From contig DATKAJ010000105.1 of the NCBI GenBank assembly GCA_035498175.1, positions 9,482-73,481 of the forward strand: a stretch of 64,000 nucleotides of DNA, given 5' to 3'. A program made the translations under genes and the position numbers. Numbering within the stretch: the stretch's first letter is position 1; each line of letters starts with the position of its first letter. This document shows, piece by piece, positions 45,208 to 53,739 of this stretch. This DNA is from Burkholderiaceae bacterium (GTDB taxonomy: Bacteria; Pseudomonadota; Gammaproteobacteria; Burkholderiales; Burkholderiaceae_F). The notes beneath the pieces were generated by a model that saw only the letters and a program-made list of their open reading frames with translations, was not told the DNA's origin and did no database searches.

Positions 45208-45358
45208 CGCCGCGACGTCGCGAAAACGCGACTTATCCATTAGAAGGTTCTACCTCGAATGGAACGCGCCTGACGCAGCACAGGGCGGTTCTGCGCTCCT
45301 GACCCAGTATGGAAGCGTCCGATGAAGGTGGTCGGATGCAGCTGGAAAGGAGGTCCCA

Positions 45359-45733
45359 ATGGTCAGGCGTCAAGTCAAGACAAAAGGCACGGGAGTCCGG
45401 CGGCAGGTCACCGAGGCGGCCCGGCACGCGCCGACCGCCCTTGCGGTACCGCCGAAGACGAAGGCGATGATGAAGGCCAGGCTCGAGACTGCGGGGCGCA
45501 AGCTCCAGGCCACGGGCAACGCTGCCGGCAAAGTCGCGCGCAGTTCGATGCGCGAGATGACCGTCGCGGTGAAGGCCTCGCGTGAGCCGATGGCGATGCT
45601 CTGGCGCAATGTCAGGCTCGCAGGCCGCCACATCGCGCGCAGCGCCGCCGAGGCGTGGAATGAAGTCGCGCCCGCGCGCAAAGAGGTGATGAAACTGCCT
45701 GTTGCGCGTCCGGCTCGTCGACCGGCTGCGTAG
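45359..45733 (+). CDS. small strongly basic hypothetical protein
   Basis: Perfect AAGGAGG SD 6 nt upstream; GC3-rich codons; Lys/Arg/Ala-rich, 124 aa. Confidence 0.55.
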   Translation: MVRRQVKTKGTGVRRQVTEAARHAPTALAVPPKTKAMMKARLETAGRKLQATGNAAGKVARSSMREMTVAVKASREPMAMLWRNVRLAGRHIARSAAEAWNEVAPARKEVMKLPVARPARRPAA

Positions 45734-45938
45734 TGGCGCAGTAGCTCGGCGCCGGCGGCACCCTCCCTTCGCAGCCAGAAGGCGGGCGCCGGCGGCGCCG
45801 TTGTTTTCACAACGACGCTGCGCCGCCCAGGGCCGTCACGGCACTGGATCGGCGACCGGCTGCAGTGGAGAATCAGCCGCCCGCGCGCGAACCCGCAGTT
45901 CGGCCCGATCGCGGCCACTCCACTGGCAGGATGACCTC

Positions 45939-46742
45939 ATGTCGCTGACCCATATCCTCGTCGACTTCGACAACGTCAAGCCGAGCGCGTCTGACATCGC
46001 GCTGGCACACGGCGCCAGCCTGCGGCTGGCCATCGTGCGCGGCCCGCAGCCGACACGCTACGAAGCCGATCTGGCCGAAACGCTGCACGCGATGGGCGAT
46101 CACGTGAGTTTCAGCCGCTGTGCCAAGGCGGGCAAGAACGCGGCCGACATGCAGATCGCGTTCCATATCGGCGAGATCGTCGCCGCGCTGGATTCGGGTG
46201 CGGAGAGAACGACGCGCTTCATCGTCATCTCGCGCGACAAGGGCTTCGAGCCGCTGATGGCCTATCTGCGCGGCAAGGGCTTCAGCGCTGCGCTGGCGCC
46301 GAGCTTCAAGGCCGCACTCGGCGGGGCAGTCGCTGCGGAGAAGGTCGCGCACAAACCGGCGAAGAAGCGCGCAGCCAAGACACCGGCAGCTAAAGCCGCA
46401 GCACCGGTGAAGGCCCCCGCACCCAGGGCGCCAGCCGCGAAGAAGGCGGTGAAGAAGAAGGCTGAGGCACCGGCCAAGGCCGCGCCGCCGCCCAAGAAGA
46501 GCGCGCACGCCGCCAAGCCGGCGGATGACCAGCTCGCGCGCGTGATCGAGAGCCTGCAGCGCATGGGCGACAACAAGCGCCCGGCCAAGCGCAAGGGGCT
46601 GGTGCGGCACATTGAATCGCATCTCGGCCGCACGCTGACGCCGCAGCAGCTCGAGGCGCTGGTCGATCGCCTCGCCCACGACGGCGTGCTGGCCTTTGAC
46701 GGCAACAAGGTCGACTACCGGCTGCCGAAGGCGAGACGCTAG
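45939..46742 (+). CDS. NYN/PIN-like domain protein with Ala/Lys/Pro histone-H1-like tract
   Basis: ILVDFDNV, GKNAADMQIAFHIG and FIVISRDKGFEPL (NYN-like acidic pattern). Then AKKRAAKTPAAKAAAPVKAPAPRAPAAKKAVKKKAEAPAKAAPPPKK and a small C-terminal domain. Confidence 0.65.
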   Translation: MSLTHILVDFDNVKPSASDIALAHGASLRLAIVRGPQPTRYEADLAETLHAMGDHVSFSRCAKAGKNAADMQIAFHIGEIVAALDSGAERTTRFIVISRDKGFEPLMAYLRGKGFSAALAPSFKAALGGAVAAEKVAHKPAKKRAAKTPAAKAAAPVKAPAPRAPAAKKAVKKKAEAPAKAAPPPKKSAHAAKPADDQLARVIESLQRMGDNKRPAKRKGLVRHIESHLGRTLTPQQLEALVDRLAHDGVLAFDGNKVDYRLPKARR

Positions 46743-46837
46743 GCTGTTACCGAAGGTTACGAACTGCCGTCGGCTGCGCACCAGCGCGGACCGTTGGATC
46801 GACATGGGCGCGCTTCGCGCCGCTCAAGGAGTCGTCG

Positions 46838-47038
46838 ATGCCAGGCAAGTTCATGACCATCACCCTCGCTGCCGCCGGCGCGGCCCTGCTTTCAGCCTGT
46901 GTCGTGGTACCCGCGCCCGGGCCCGGACCCTACGCATACCGCCCCGCGCCGGTTTATGCGGGCGTGGTGGTGCCGCCGGCCGCGGTCGTCGTCGCGACAC
47001 CGCCGCCCCGCTGGGGCTGGTATGGCCGGCACTGGTGA
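46838..47038 (+). CDS. small lipoprotein
   Basis: AAGGAG SD; lipobox LLSAC; Pro/Val-rich; ends RWGWYGRHW. Confidence 0.5.
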   Translation: MPGKFMTITLAAAGAALLSACVVVPAPGPGPYAYRPAPVYAGVVVPPAAVVVATPPPRWGWYGRHW

Positions 47039-47148
47039 TCGGGCCTTCGTGAGAACGAAAGGGTCTGAGGAGGTATCCATCGCGCGGACGCTGTCGAGCA
47101 CATGAAGGAAGGCCGGTGTAGATTCGCTCGGTAGCGGCTTCCGCAGCG

Positions 47149-48444
47149 ATGAGCACACGGCCTTTCGATCTGGTGTTGTACGGCGCGACCGGTTTCGTCG
47201 GTCGCCGCGCGGCCGCGTATCTCGCGACGCGTCGCCTGCGCCGGAAACTGCGCTGGGCGATTGCCGGCCGCGACCCGGCGAAGCTGGCCGCACTGCGCGA
47301 TGAGATCTCCCGCGACAAGGGCACGCTGCAGCCGCCGGGGATTGTCCTCGCCGACAGCGGTGATGTCGCGGCAGTCGAGGCGATGGCGGCGTCGACCCGC
47401 GTGCTGATCACAACGGCCGGGCCGTTCGCGCTCTATGGCGACGCGATCGTCGATGCCTGCGCGCAGCACCGCACACATTACGCCGACATCACCGGCGAGA
47501 CGACCTGGGTGCGACGCGTGATCGATCGCCTGCATGCACGCGCGGCGCGCGACGGCACGCGCATCGTGCCGTTCTGTGGCTTCGACTCGGTGCCCTCGGA
47601 TCTCGGCGCGCTGCTGCTCGCGCGCTACATCGAGTCGGAATACAGCGCGCCCTGCGTCGAAGTCAGGGGCTATTTCCGCATGATGGGCGGGTTCAACGGC
47701 GGCACGCTGGCAACCAATGCCCATCGCTTCGAGGCCGGCGAAGTCGAAACCGGCCGGGATCCGTTCCTGCTGAATCCGCGTTCCCGCCATTCGGCGAGCG
47801 AGCTGGTGGCCAACCAGGACGTGCGCACACCGCACTACGACGAGGCGGTCGGCGGGTGGGTCGCGCCGTTCATCATGGGCTCGATCAACACCCGCGTGGT
47901 CCGGCGCAGCGCTGCGTTGAATGCCGCTTACGGCACGCCGTACGGACCGCACTTCAGCTACCAGGAGTACATGCGGATGGGCGGGTCGCTCGCCGGTGCG
48001 AAGGCGGTTGCGTTCACCGTCGGCCTGCGCACGTTCGAGCGCGTGATGGAACACCGGAGCGCGCGCACGGTGCTCGGCGCGATGCTGCCGCGGCCGGGAG
48101 AGGGACCGTCCGAGGAGGCCATGGCGCGCGGCTGGTTCAAGACCGATCTCGTGGGTCGCACGGCCGACGGCCGCAGCGCGTGGGCGCGGATCGGGTACGA
48201 CGGCGATCCGGGCAATCGCGCGACGCTGCGCATCCTGTGCGAGGGCGGGCTGGCGCTGGCCTTCGACGGAGCGAAGCTGCCCGGCGGACCGAAGCGCGGC
48301 GGCGTGCTGACGCCTGCGACCGCGATCGGCGAAACGCTGGTGCCACGGCTGCGCGCAGCCGGATTCGAAATCAGCGTCGGGCGCGAACCGATCGCCGGAC
48401 GACGGCGTCAGGACACTTCGCGCGCGAGCGCACCCATCACGTAG
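47149..48444 (+). CDS. saccharopine dehydrogenase family protein (enoyl-reductase-like)
   Basis: DLVLYGATGFVGR Rossmann N-terminus; 431 aa. Confidence 0.8.
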   Translation: MSTRPFDLVLYGATGFVGRRAAAYLATRRLRRKLRWAIAGRDPAKLAALRDEISRDKGTLQPPGIVLADSGDVAAVEAMAASTRVLITTAGPFALYGDAIVDACAQHRTHYADITGETTWVRRVIDRLHARAARDGTRIVPFCGFDSVPSDLGALLLARYIESEYSAPCVEVRGYFRMMGGFNGGTLATNAHRFEAGEVETGRDPFLLNPRSRHSASELVANQDVRTPHYDEAVGGWVAPFIMGSINTRVVRRSAALNAAYGTPYGPHFSYQEYMRMGGSLAGAKAVAFTVGLRTFERVMEHRSARTVLGAMLPRPGEGPSEEAMARGWFKTDLVGRTADGRSAWARIGYDGDPGNRATLRILCEGGLALAFDGAKLPGGPKRGGVLTPATAIGETLVPRLRAAGFEISVGREPIAGRRRQDTSRASAPIT

Positions 48445-49256
48445 CGCACCCACGACTTTGGTGCCGACCGCGTCGCGAGCACCGTCGCTCGATTCAGGAT
48501 GCCCGGCACCACGATGTCGTCGCCACGCAGGCAGGCCCGGTAGCCTTGCGCTGCCACCTCGTCGACGTCGCTGACGAGCAGACCTGGAATGCGATCGAGC
48601 CCCGCCTGCTTGCGCCGTGCGGTGGCGAGCATGTTGGTCGCGGTGATGCCCGGGCAGAGCGCGGTCACGGTCACGCCACTGCCGCGCAGTTCCTCGCGCA
48701 GTGATTCCGACAGCGACAGCACGTACGCCTTGGTCGCCGCGTAGGTGGCGAGCATCGGCACCGGCTGGAACGAAGCGATCGAAGCGACGTTCAGCACTCG
48801 GCCGTGGCCGCGTTTGACCATCGCCGGCACGAACTGCGCCAGCATCGCCGTCAGGCCGGCGACGTTGAGGTCGATCAGCGCCCGATGGGTCGCCGCGGTC
48901 ATGCGGACGAAGCGGCCCGACTCCAGCACGCCGGCGTTGTTCACGAGGACGTCGATCGCAAAGCGGTGCCGGCTAAGCTGAGCGGCGAGGCGGCCCGCGG
49001 CCAGAGGCTGCGCGAGGTCCGCAGGCAGCACCAGGACCTGCGCGCCGGTTGCCTTGTGCAGCTCGTCCGCGAGTGCGCGCAGCTTGTCCACGCTGCGGGC
49101 CACCAGCACGATGCGATGTCCGTCGCGCGCGAAGCAGCGCGCCAGCGCCGCACCGATGCCCGACGACGCGCCGGTGATCAGCACATTTTCATGCGCTCGC
49201 GCGGCTGCGGAGCGCTTCGCGCCGCCGCGCGTTTTTCCCGCCTTCGTGCGTGCCAT
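48408..49256 (-). CDS. SDR family oxidoreductase
   Basis: ITGASSGIGAAL, NNAG and YAATKAY catalytic motifs. Internal ATG (MARTKAGK...). Confidence 0.85.
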   Translation of the reverse strand: MARTKAGKTRGGAKRSAAARAHENVLITGASSGIGAALARCFARDGHRIVLVARSVDKLRALADELHKATGAQVLVLPADLAQPLAAGRLAAQLSRHRFAIDVLVNNAGVLESGRFVRMTAATHRALIDLNVAGLTAMLAQFVPAMVKRGHGRVLNVASIASFQPVPMLATYAATKAYVLSLSESLREELRGSGVTVTALCPGITATNMLATARRKQAGLDRIPGLLVSDVDEVAAQGYRACLRGDDIVVPGILNRATVLATRSAPKSWVRYVMGALAREVS

Positions 49257-50142
49257 CGCGCCTCCCCATATTTGTCTTCCGGTGGCGCCCGTCGCCGATC
49301 GCTTCGGCCAGCGCCCGCACGCGAGCGGAGGGCGCCTCGCGCCGCCACACCAGCAGCGTACGCGCGCTGCGATAGCGGCCCTGCATCGGGTACACGGAAA
49401 GTTGACGGCGCTCAGTGAACGTGTCGAGCACGATCTTCGGCAGCATCGCGATGCCCATGCCGGCCACCGCGCAGCCGAGGATCGCGTGATACGAGCCCAT
49501 CTCGATGACACGCTCGACCTGCACGCCGTGCTCGGCGAACCACGCCTCGAGCCGCATGCGATGCGGGCAGCCGTGCTCGAACACCAGCAGCGTGCGGCCA
49601 TGCACATCCTTGGGCGTGCGGATCGGCGGATGGTCGGGGCCGGCCACAATCACGTAGTCCTCGATCCACGCGACCTCGGATGCAAGGCGCTCGTCACTGA
49701 CGGGCTCGGCGACCAGCGCTGCATCGAGCTCACCGGAGACTACCGCCGGGACAAGCTCGCGCGGCGCCCCGGTGCGCAACTCGACCGTGATCGCCGGATG
49801 GCGCTTCGCCAGCAGTGCCAGCGGGCGCGGCAGGCGCGCCGCCGCGGTGCTTTCCATCGATCCCAGCCGCAGCACGCCGCGCGGGCCAGTTTCCTGCAGC
49901 GCCTCGCGCGCCTCGGTCGCGAGTGCGAGCAGTCGGTCGGCGTAGCCGAGCAAAACGTTGCCGGCCGGGGACAGCTGCAGGCGCCGGCCTTGACGCACGA
50001 AGAGCTCGACGCCGAGATCCTCCTCGAGCTTGCGCACCCGGGTCGTCACGTTCGACTGCACGCGGTGCAGCCGGTCGGCCGCGCGCGTAACGCCGCCGGC
50101 CGATACCACCGTGCGAAAGACAAGCAAGTCAGACAGTTCCAT
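49189..50142 (-). CDS. LysR family transcriptional regulator
   Basis: MELSDLLVFRTVVSAGGVTRAADRLHRVQSNVTTRV HTH. The 3' end overlaps the SDR start by 68 nt. Confidence 0.88.
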   Translation of the reverse strand: MELSDLLVFRTVVSAGGVTRAADRLHRVQSNVTTRVRKLEEDLGVELFVRQGRRLQLSPAGNVLLGYADRLLALATEAREALQETGPRGVLRLGSMESTAAARLPRPLALLAKRHPAITVELRTGAPRELVPAVVSGELDAALVAEPVSDERLASEVAWIEDYVIVAGPDHPPIRTPKDVHGRTLLVFEHGCPHRMRLEAWFAEHGVQVERVIEMGSYHAILGCAVAGMGIAMLPKIVLDTFTERRQLSVYPMQGRYRSARTLLVWRREAPSARVRALAEAIGDGRHRKTNMGRRDGTHEGGKNARRREALRSRASA

Positions 50143-50192
50143 TGATGGTTCCCTTCGCCAAGGCGCGTCGCGCTCTTGCGCTCCAGCCTTGC

Positions 50193-50213
50193 TTCATCTC
50201 GAAACAAGATGAA
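50193..50213. promoter_or_regulatory. LysR-type box (ATC-N9-GAT inside a 7-bp inverted repeat)
   Basis: TTCATCT-CGAAACA-AGATGAA, ~50 bp upstream of the LysR start, in the LysR/bufferin divergent region. Confidence 0.4.
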
Positions 50214-50617
50214 CCTGATCCAAATAATTCATTTTTCAGGAATCGAATCCTTGCATAGATTGCGGCCATCGTCACTCGCCCCTCCAGGAGACAGCGATGA
50301 ACCCGAGCCCCGTCACAGACAGCACCGCCCTGTACCACTCCGCGCGCCGGGCACGCGCACTGGCGGTCGGCGACGCGTTGGCGCATTTCGCGACCGCCGC
50401 AGGGCGCGCCTGGACCCGCGTTGTAGTGCGTGGCCGCCGCCGGCTGCGGCTGCGTGGGGTTGCCGGCGCCTGAGCAGGCATGAAACCCGCGATGCGGCGC
50501 ACCAAGATGTGCCGCATTTTTTCGGCCGACTGTAATGCCAACCCCGGAATCTCCGACTACGCTGCCGTACCGCCCCGGCCATCGGGCGCGGGACGCCAAC
50601 CCGACAGGAGATCACCG

Positions 50618-50908
50618 ATGAATCATCGTCATTCACTGGCCGTCACCGCGTTCGCGCTCGCGGCCGTCGTCGCGGGCGCCGTCATGGCCCAGGAAAAGGG
50701 CCCGGTCAAGCCGCAAACCGACAAGGAGAAGTGCTACGGCGTGGCCAAGGCCGGGCAGAACGACTGCGAGGCCGGGCCGGGCACCACCTGCGCCGGGACC
50801 TCGAAGACAGACTACCAGGGCAACTCGTGGAAGTACGTGGCGAAGGGCACGTGCACGTCGATGACGACGCCGAAGGGCAAGGGATCGCTCACCCCCGTCA
50901 AGATGTGA
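50618..50908 (+). CDS. bufA1: DUF2282 / BufA1-type bufferin precursor peptide
   Basis: Sec signal peptide, then [43 protein letters not shown] with four conserved Cys. Confidence 0.85.
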   Translation: MNHRHSLAVTAFALAAVVAGAVMAQEKGPVKPQTDKEKCYGVAKAGQNDCEAGPGTTCAGTSKTDYQGNSWKYVAKGTCTSMTTPKGKGSLTPVKM

Positions 50909-50956
50909 TCGCCTGATTGAGAGAGCGCCGCGGCCGCCCACACGGACGGCCGCGGA

Positions 50957-51817
50957 ATGATGCTGATGTCGACCCACGCCATGCTGACCGGCGGTCTCGG
51001 ACTCAAGCCGCAGCACTTCGAAGCGGCGGACGCCTGCGCTGCGCCGGGGCTGTGGTTCGAGGTCCACGCCGAGAACTACATGGTCGACGGCGGGCCGCGG
51101 CTCGCGTGGCTCGAACGCATCCGCGCATCGCATCCGCTGTCGCTGCACGGCGTCTCGCTGTCGCTCGCGGCCGATGCGCCGCCGGACCCACGACAGCTCG
51201 AGCGTCTCGCGGCGCTGGTCGATCGCGTCGAGCCCGCGCTGGTGTCCGAGCACCTCGCCTGGAGCACGTGGCGCGGCGCCTATCGGCCGGACCTCCTGCC
51301 CGTCCCGCGCAGCCGCGAAGTTCTGCAGCGCGTGGTCGACAACATCACCTGCGTGCAGCAGCGACTAAGGCGCCGAATCGCTCTCGAGAACCCGTCGCAT
51401 TACCTGCGCTTCGATGCGCACGAGTATGGCGAAATCGAATTCCTGGTCGAGATCGCGCGCCGCAGCGGCTGCGCGCTGCTGCTCGACGTCAACAACGTGC
51501 ACGTCAGTGCCAACAACCTAGAATACTCGGCCGCGGAGACCCTCGATGCGGTGCCCGCAGAATGGGTCGAGGAGATCCACCTGGCCGGCCACAGCGCTGA
51601 CCCGAACCTCGGAGACGTGCTGCTGATCGACTCCCACGACGCTCCGGTTGCGGCCGCCGTATGGGCGCTGTACGAGCGCTTGATCAACCGCATCGGCCCG
51701 CGCCCGACGCTGGTCGAGCGCGACGAGAACGTGCCCGGCTTCGATGAACTGCTGAGCGAGCGCGATCACGCGCACTCGCTGCTGTCGCTGCATCAGCCGC
51801 TCGCGCAGGCCGCCTGA
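50957..51817 (+). CDS. bufB: DUF692 / MNIO-family enzyme (BufB-like)
   Basis: [51 protein letters not shown] and VERDENVP motifs. Confidence 0.88.
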   Translation: MMLMSTHAMLTGGLGLKPQHFEAADACAAPGLWFEVHAENYMVDGGPRLAWLERIRASHPLSLHGVSLSLAADAPPDPRQLERLAALVDRVEPALVSEHLAWSTWRGAYRPDLLPVPRSREVLQRVVDNITCVQQRLRRRIALENPSHYLRFDAHEYGEIEFLVEIARRSGCALLLDVNNVHVSANNLEYSAAETLDAVPAEWVEEIHLAGHSADPNLGDVLLIDSHDAPVAAAVWALYERLINRIGPRPTLVERDENVPGFDELLSERDHAHSLLSLHQPLAQAA

Positions 51818-52620
51818 TGCAGCTCGCCCTGCACGCCTATCAGGACGCGTTCGCGGCCGCGTTGCTCGCCGACGATCCTGCGGCCGACGCACCGGAGGAG
51901 CTGCGATCGTTGCTGGCGCAGCCCGGCTTTGCCGTCTACCGCAATACGGTGCTGAAAGGCTGCATCGACGCGCTGCAGGCGAACTTCCCGACGGTCGATC
52001 GGCTGGTCGGTGACGAGTGGTTCCGCGCCGCGGCGGCGATCCACGCGCGCGCGACGCTGCCGTCGCAGGTGTCACTGCTGGTCTACGGCGAGTCGTTCCC
52101 GGACTTCCTCGCCGCGTTCGAACCGGCGCAGGAGCTGCCGTACCTCGCGGATGTCGCGCGCGTCGACCGCGCGTGGACCGAGTCGCATGTTGCCGCGGAC
52201 GATCCGCTGCTCGAACCCCCGGCGGTCGTGGCGCTCTCGCCCGCGCAGATGGCCACGACCGGCCTGCAGCTGCATGCCGCGACGCGCTGGCACTGGAGCG
52301 ACGCCTGGCCGATCCACGCACTGTGGAGCCGCAATCGCAGCGAGTCGAGCGAAGAGCCCGCCGAGATTGTCTGGGCCGGCGAAGGCGTGCTGCTGACGCG
52401 ACCGTACGGCGCGGTGCACTGCGCCGCGCTGTCGGGCGCCGGTGCCGCGTTTCTGGCCGCGTGCGCCACGGGTGCGAGCATCGAGCAGGCCGTGCTGGCC
52501 GCGCTGAGCGCCGAACCCGCGGCGGATATCGCTGCACTGATCCATCAACTGCTGGATGCCGGCGCGTTCAGCGCGCTGCAGCCCGCACAGCGCGACACCG
52601 CGCGCAAGGAGGAGGAATGA
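51817..52620 (+). CDS. bufC: DUF2063-family partner protein (BufC-like)
   Basis: TGATG overlap with bufB. FAVYRNTVLKGCIDAL..NFP pattern. Confidence 0.75.
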   Translation: MQLALHAYQDAFAAALLADDPAADAPEELRSLLAQPGFAVYRNTVLKGCIDALQANFPTVDRLVGDEWFRAAAAIHARATLPSQVSLLVYGESFPDFLAAFEPAQELPYLADVARVDRAWTESHVAADDPLLEPPAVVALSPAQMATTGLQLHAATRWHWSDAWPIHALWSRNRSESSEEPAEIVWAGEGVLLTRPYGAVHCAALSGAGAAFLAACATGASIEQAVLAALSAEPAADIAALIHQLLDAGAFSALQPAQRDTARKEEE

Positions 52621-53090
52621 ACACGATGCCTGCCGATGCCGCATTCGCGACGCGCGGCCCACGCGCGCTGTACAACCGCGCGGCCGAGCACCTCGAAGCG
52701 TGGATCGGCGCCGACCTGATCGCGCTGGCGGCCCGTTTCGGCATCGGCGCGGTATTCTGGCTGTCGGGCCGCACGAAGGTCGAGGGCTGGCTCAGCGTCA
52801 GCGAAAACGCTGTCGCCCTGTTTGCCGACGAGTACCGGCTGCCGCTGCTGTCACCCGATCTTGCGGCCCATCTTGCCGCGTATGCCGAGCACCTGTTTCC
52901 GATCCTGCTGGTGCTTGGGCTCTTCACCCGCGGCGCGGCGCTCGCCCTGCTCGGCATGACCGCCGTGATCGAGATCTTCGTCTACCCGCTCGCGTGGCCC
53001 ACACATCTGGTCTGGGCGGCGTGCCTGCTGTATCTCGCGGGACGCGGGGCAGGGCGGTTCTCGCTGGACCGTGTTTTGGGCCTGCGCTGA
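52617..53090 (+). CDS. DoxX family membrane protein
   Basis: ATGA overlap with the previous gene. GIGAVFWLSGRTK...LFPILLVLGLFTR pattern. Confidence 0.75.
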   Translation: MNTMPADAAFATRGPRALYNRAAEHLEAWIGADLIALAARFGIGAVFWLSGRTKVEGWLSVSENAVALFADEYRLPLLSPDLAAHLAAYAEHLFPILLVLGLFTRGAALALLGMTAVIEIFVYPLAWPTHLVWAACLLYLAGRGAGRFSLDRVLGLR

Positions 53091-53097
53091 GGCCGGG

Positions 53098-53664
53098 TCA
53101 GCGCGCCGGACGCAACTGCGGCCACATCAGCCGCAGCGTGTTGTCGCGCATCAGGTAGTGGTGCACCAGCGCGGCGGCGGCATGCAGGCCGACCAGCGCG
53201 TAGCCGAAATTGGCGAGCACCTGATGCACTTCCTTGATGGAATGCGCCAGCGCCTTGTCCGGTGACAGCAGCGTCGGCAGCTGCACACCGAACCAGACGA
53301 CCTCCTTGCCACTGGCATTGAACATCAGCCAGCCGGAAAGCGGCAGCAGGAACATCAGGCCATAGAGCGCGATGTGCACGACCGTCGCCGCGAGCGCCTG
53401 CCAACGCGGCGGCTCGGGCCGGATTGCCGGCGCGCGGCTGAATGCTCGCACGAGCAGGCGGAGTGCCACGAGGCCAAGCACGCTGATGCCAAGAATCGTG
53501 TGCCATGTCGTCAATGCGGTCCGACTGGCACTGCCCTTGGGGAAAACATCGTGCAGTTCGATCGCCAGGCAGGCGGTACCCATTAGCAGCAGCGTTACCC
53601 AGTGCAGGGTGATCAGCAGCCAGTTGAAGCGGGGTGACGGCATCGCGTCCACAGGGATGGCCAA
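53098..53664 (-). CDS. cytochrome b561 family protein
   Basis: Four TM spans with the His pattern (LHWVTLLL...WHTILG...HIALYG...HHYLM). Confidence 0.8.
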   Translation of the reverse strand: MAIPVDAMPSPRFNWLLITLHWVTLLLMGTACLAIELHDVFPKGSASRTALTTWHTILGISVLGLVALRLLVRAFSRAPAIRPEPPRWQALAATVVHIALYGLMFLLPLSGWLMFNASGKEVVWFGVQLPTLLSPDKALAHSIKEVHQVLANFGYALVGLHAAAALVHHYLMRDNTLRLMWPQLRPAR

Positions 53665-53739
53665 CTCTGTAAAAGAACGCCGGAAGCAGCGACTGGCGTT
53701 GCTCCCGGCGGCTAATTGAACTACGACGTCAGACGGCGA

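Noticed and set aside
46954-48453. 499-aa minus-strand ORF.
   Set aside because: It is antisense to the saccharopine dehydrogenase-family gene.
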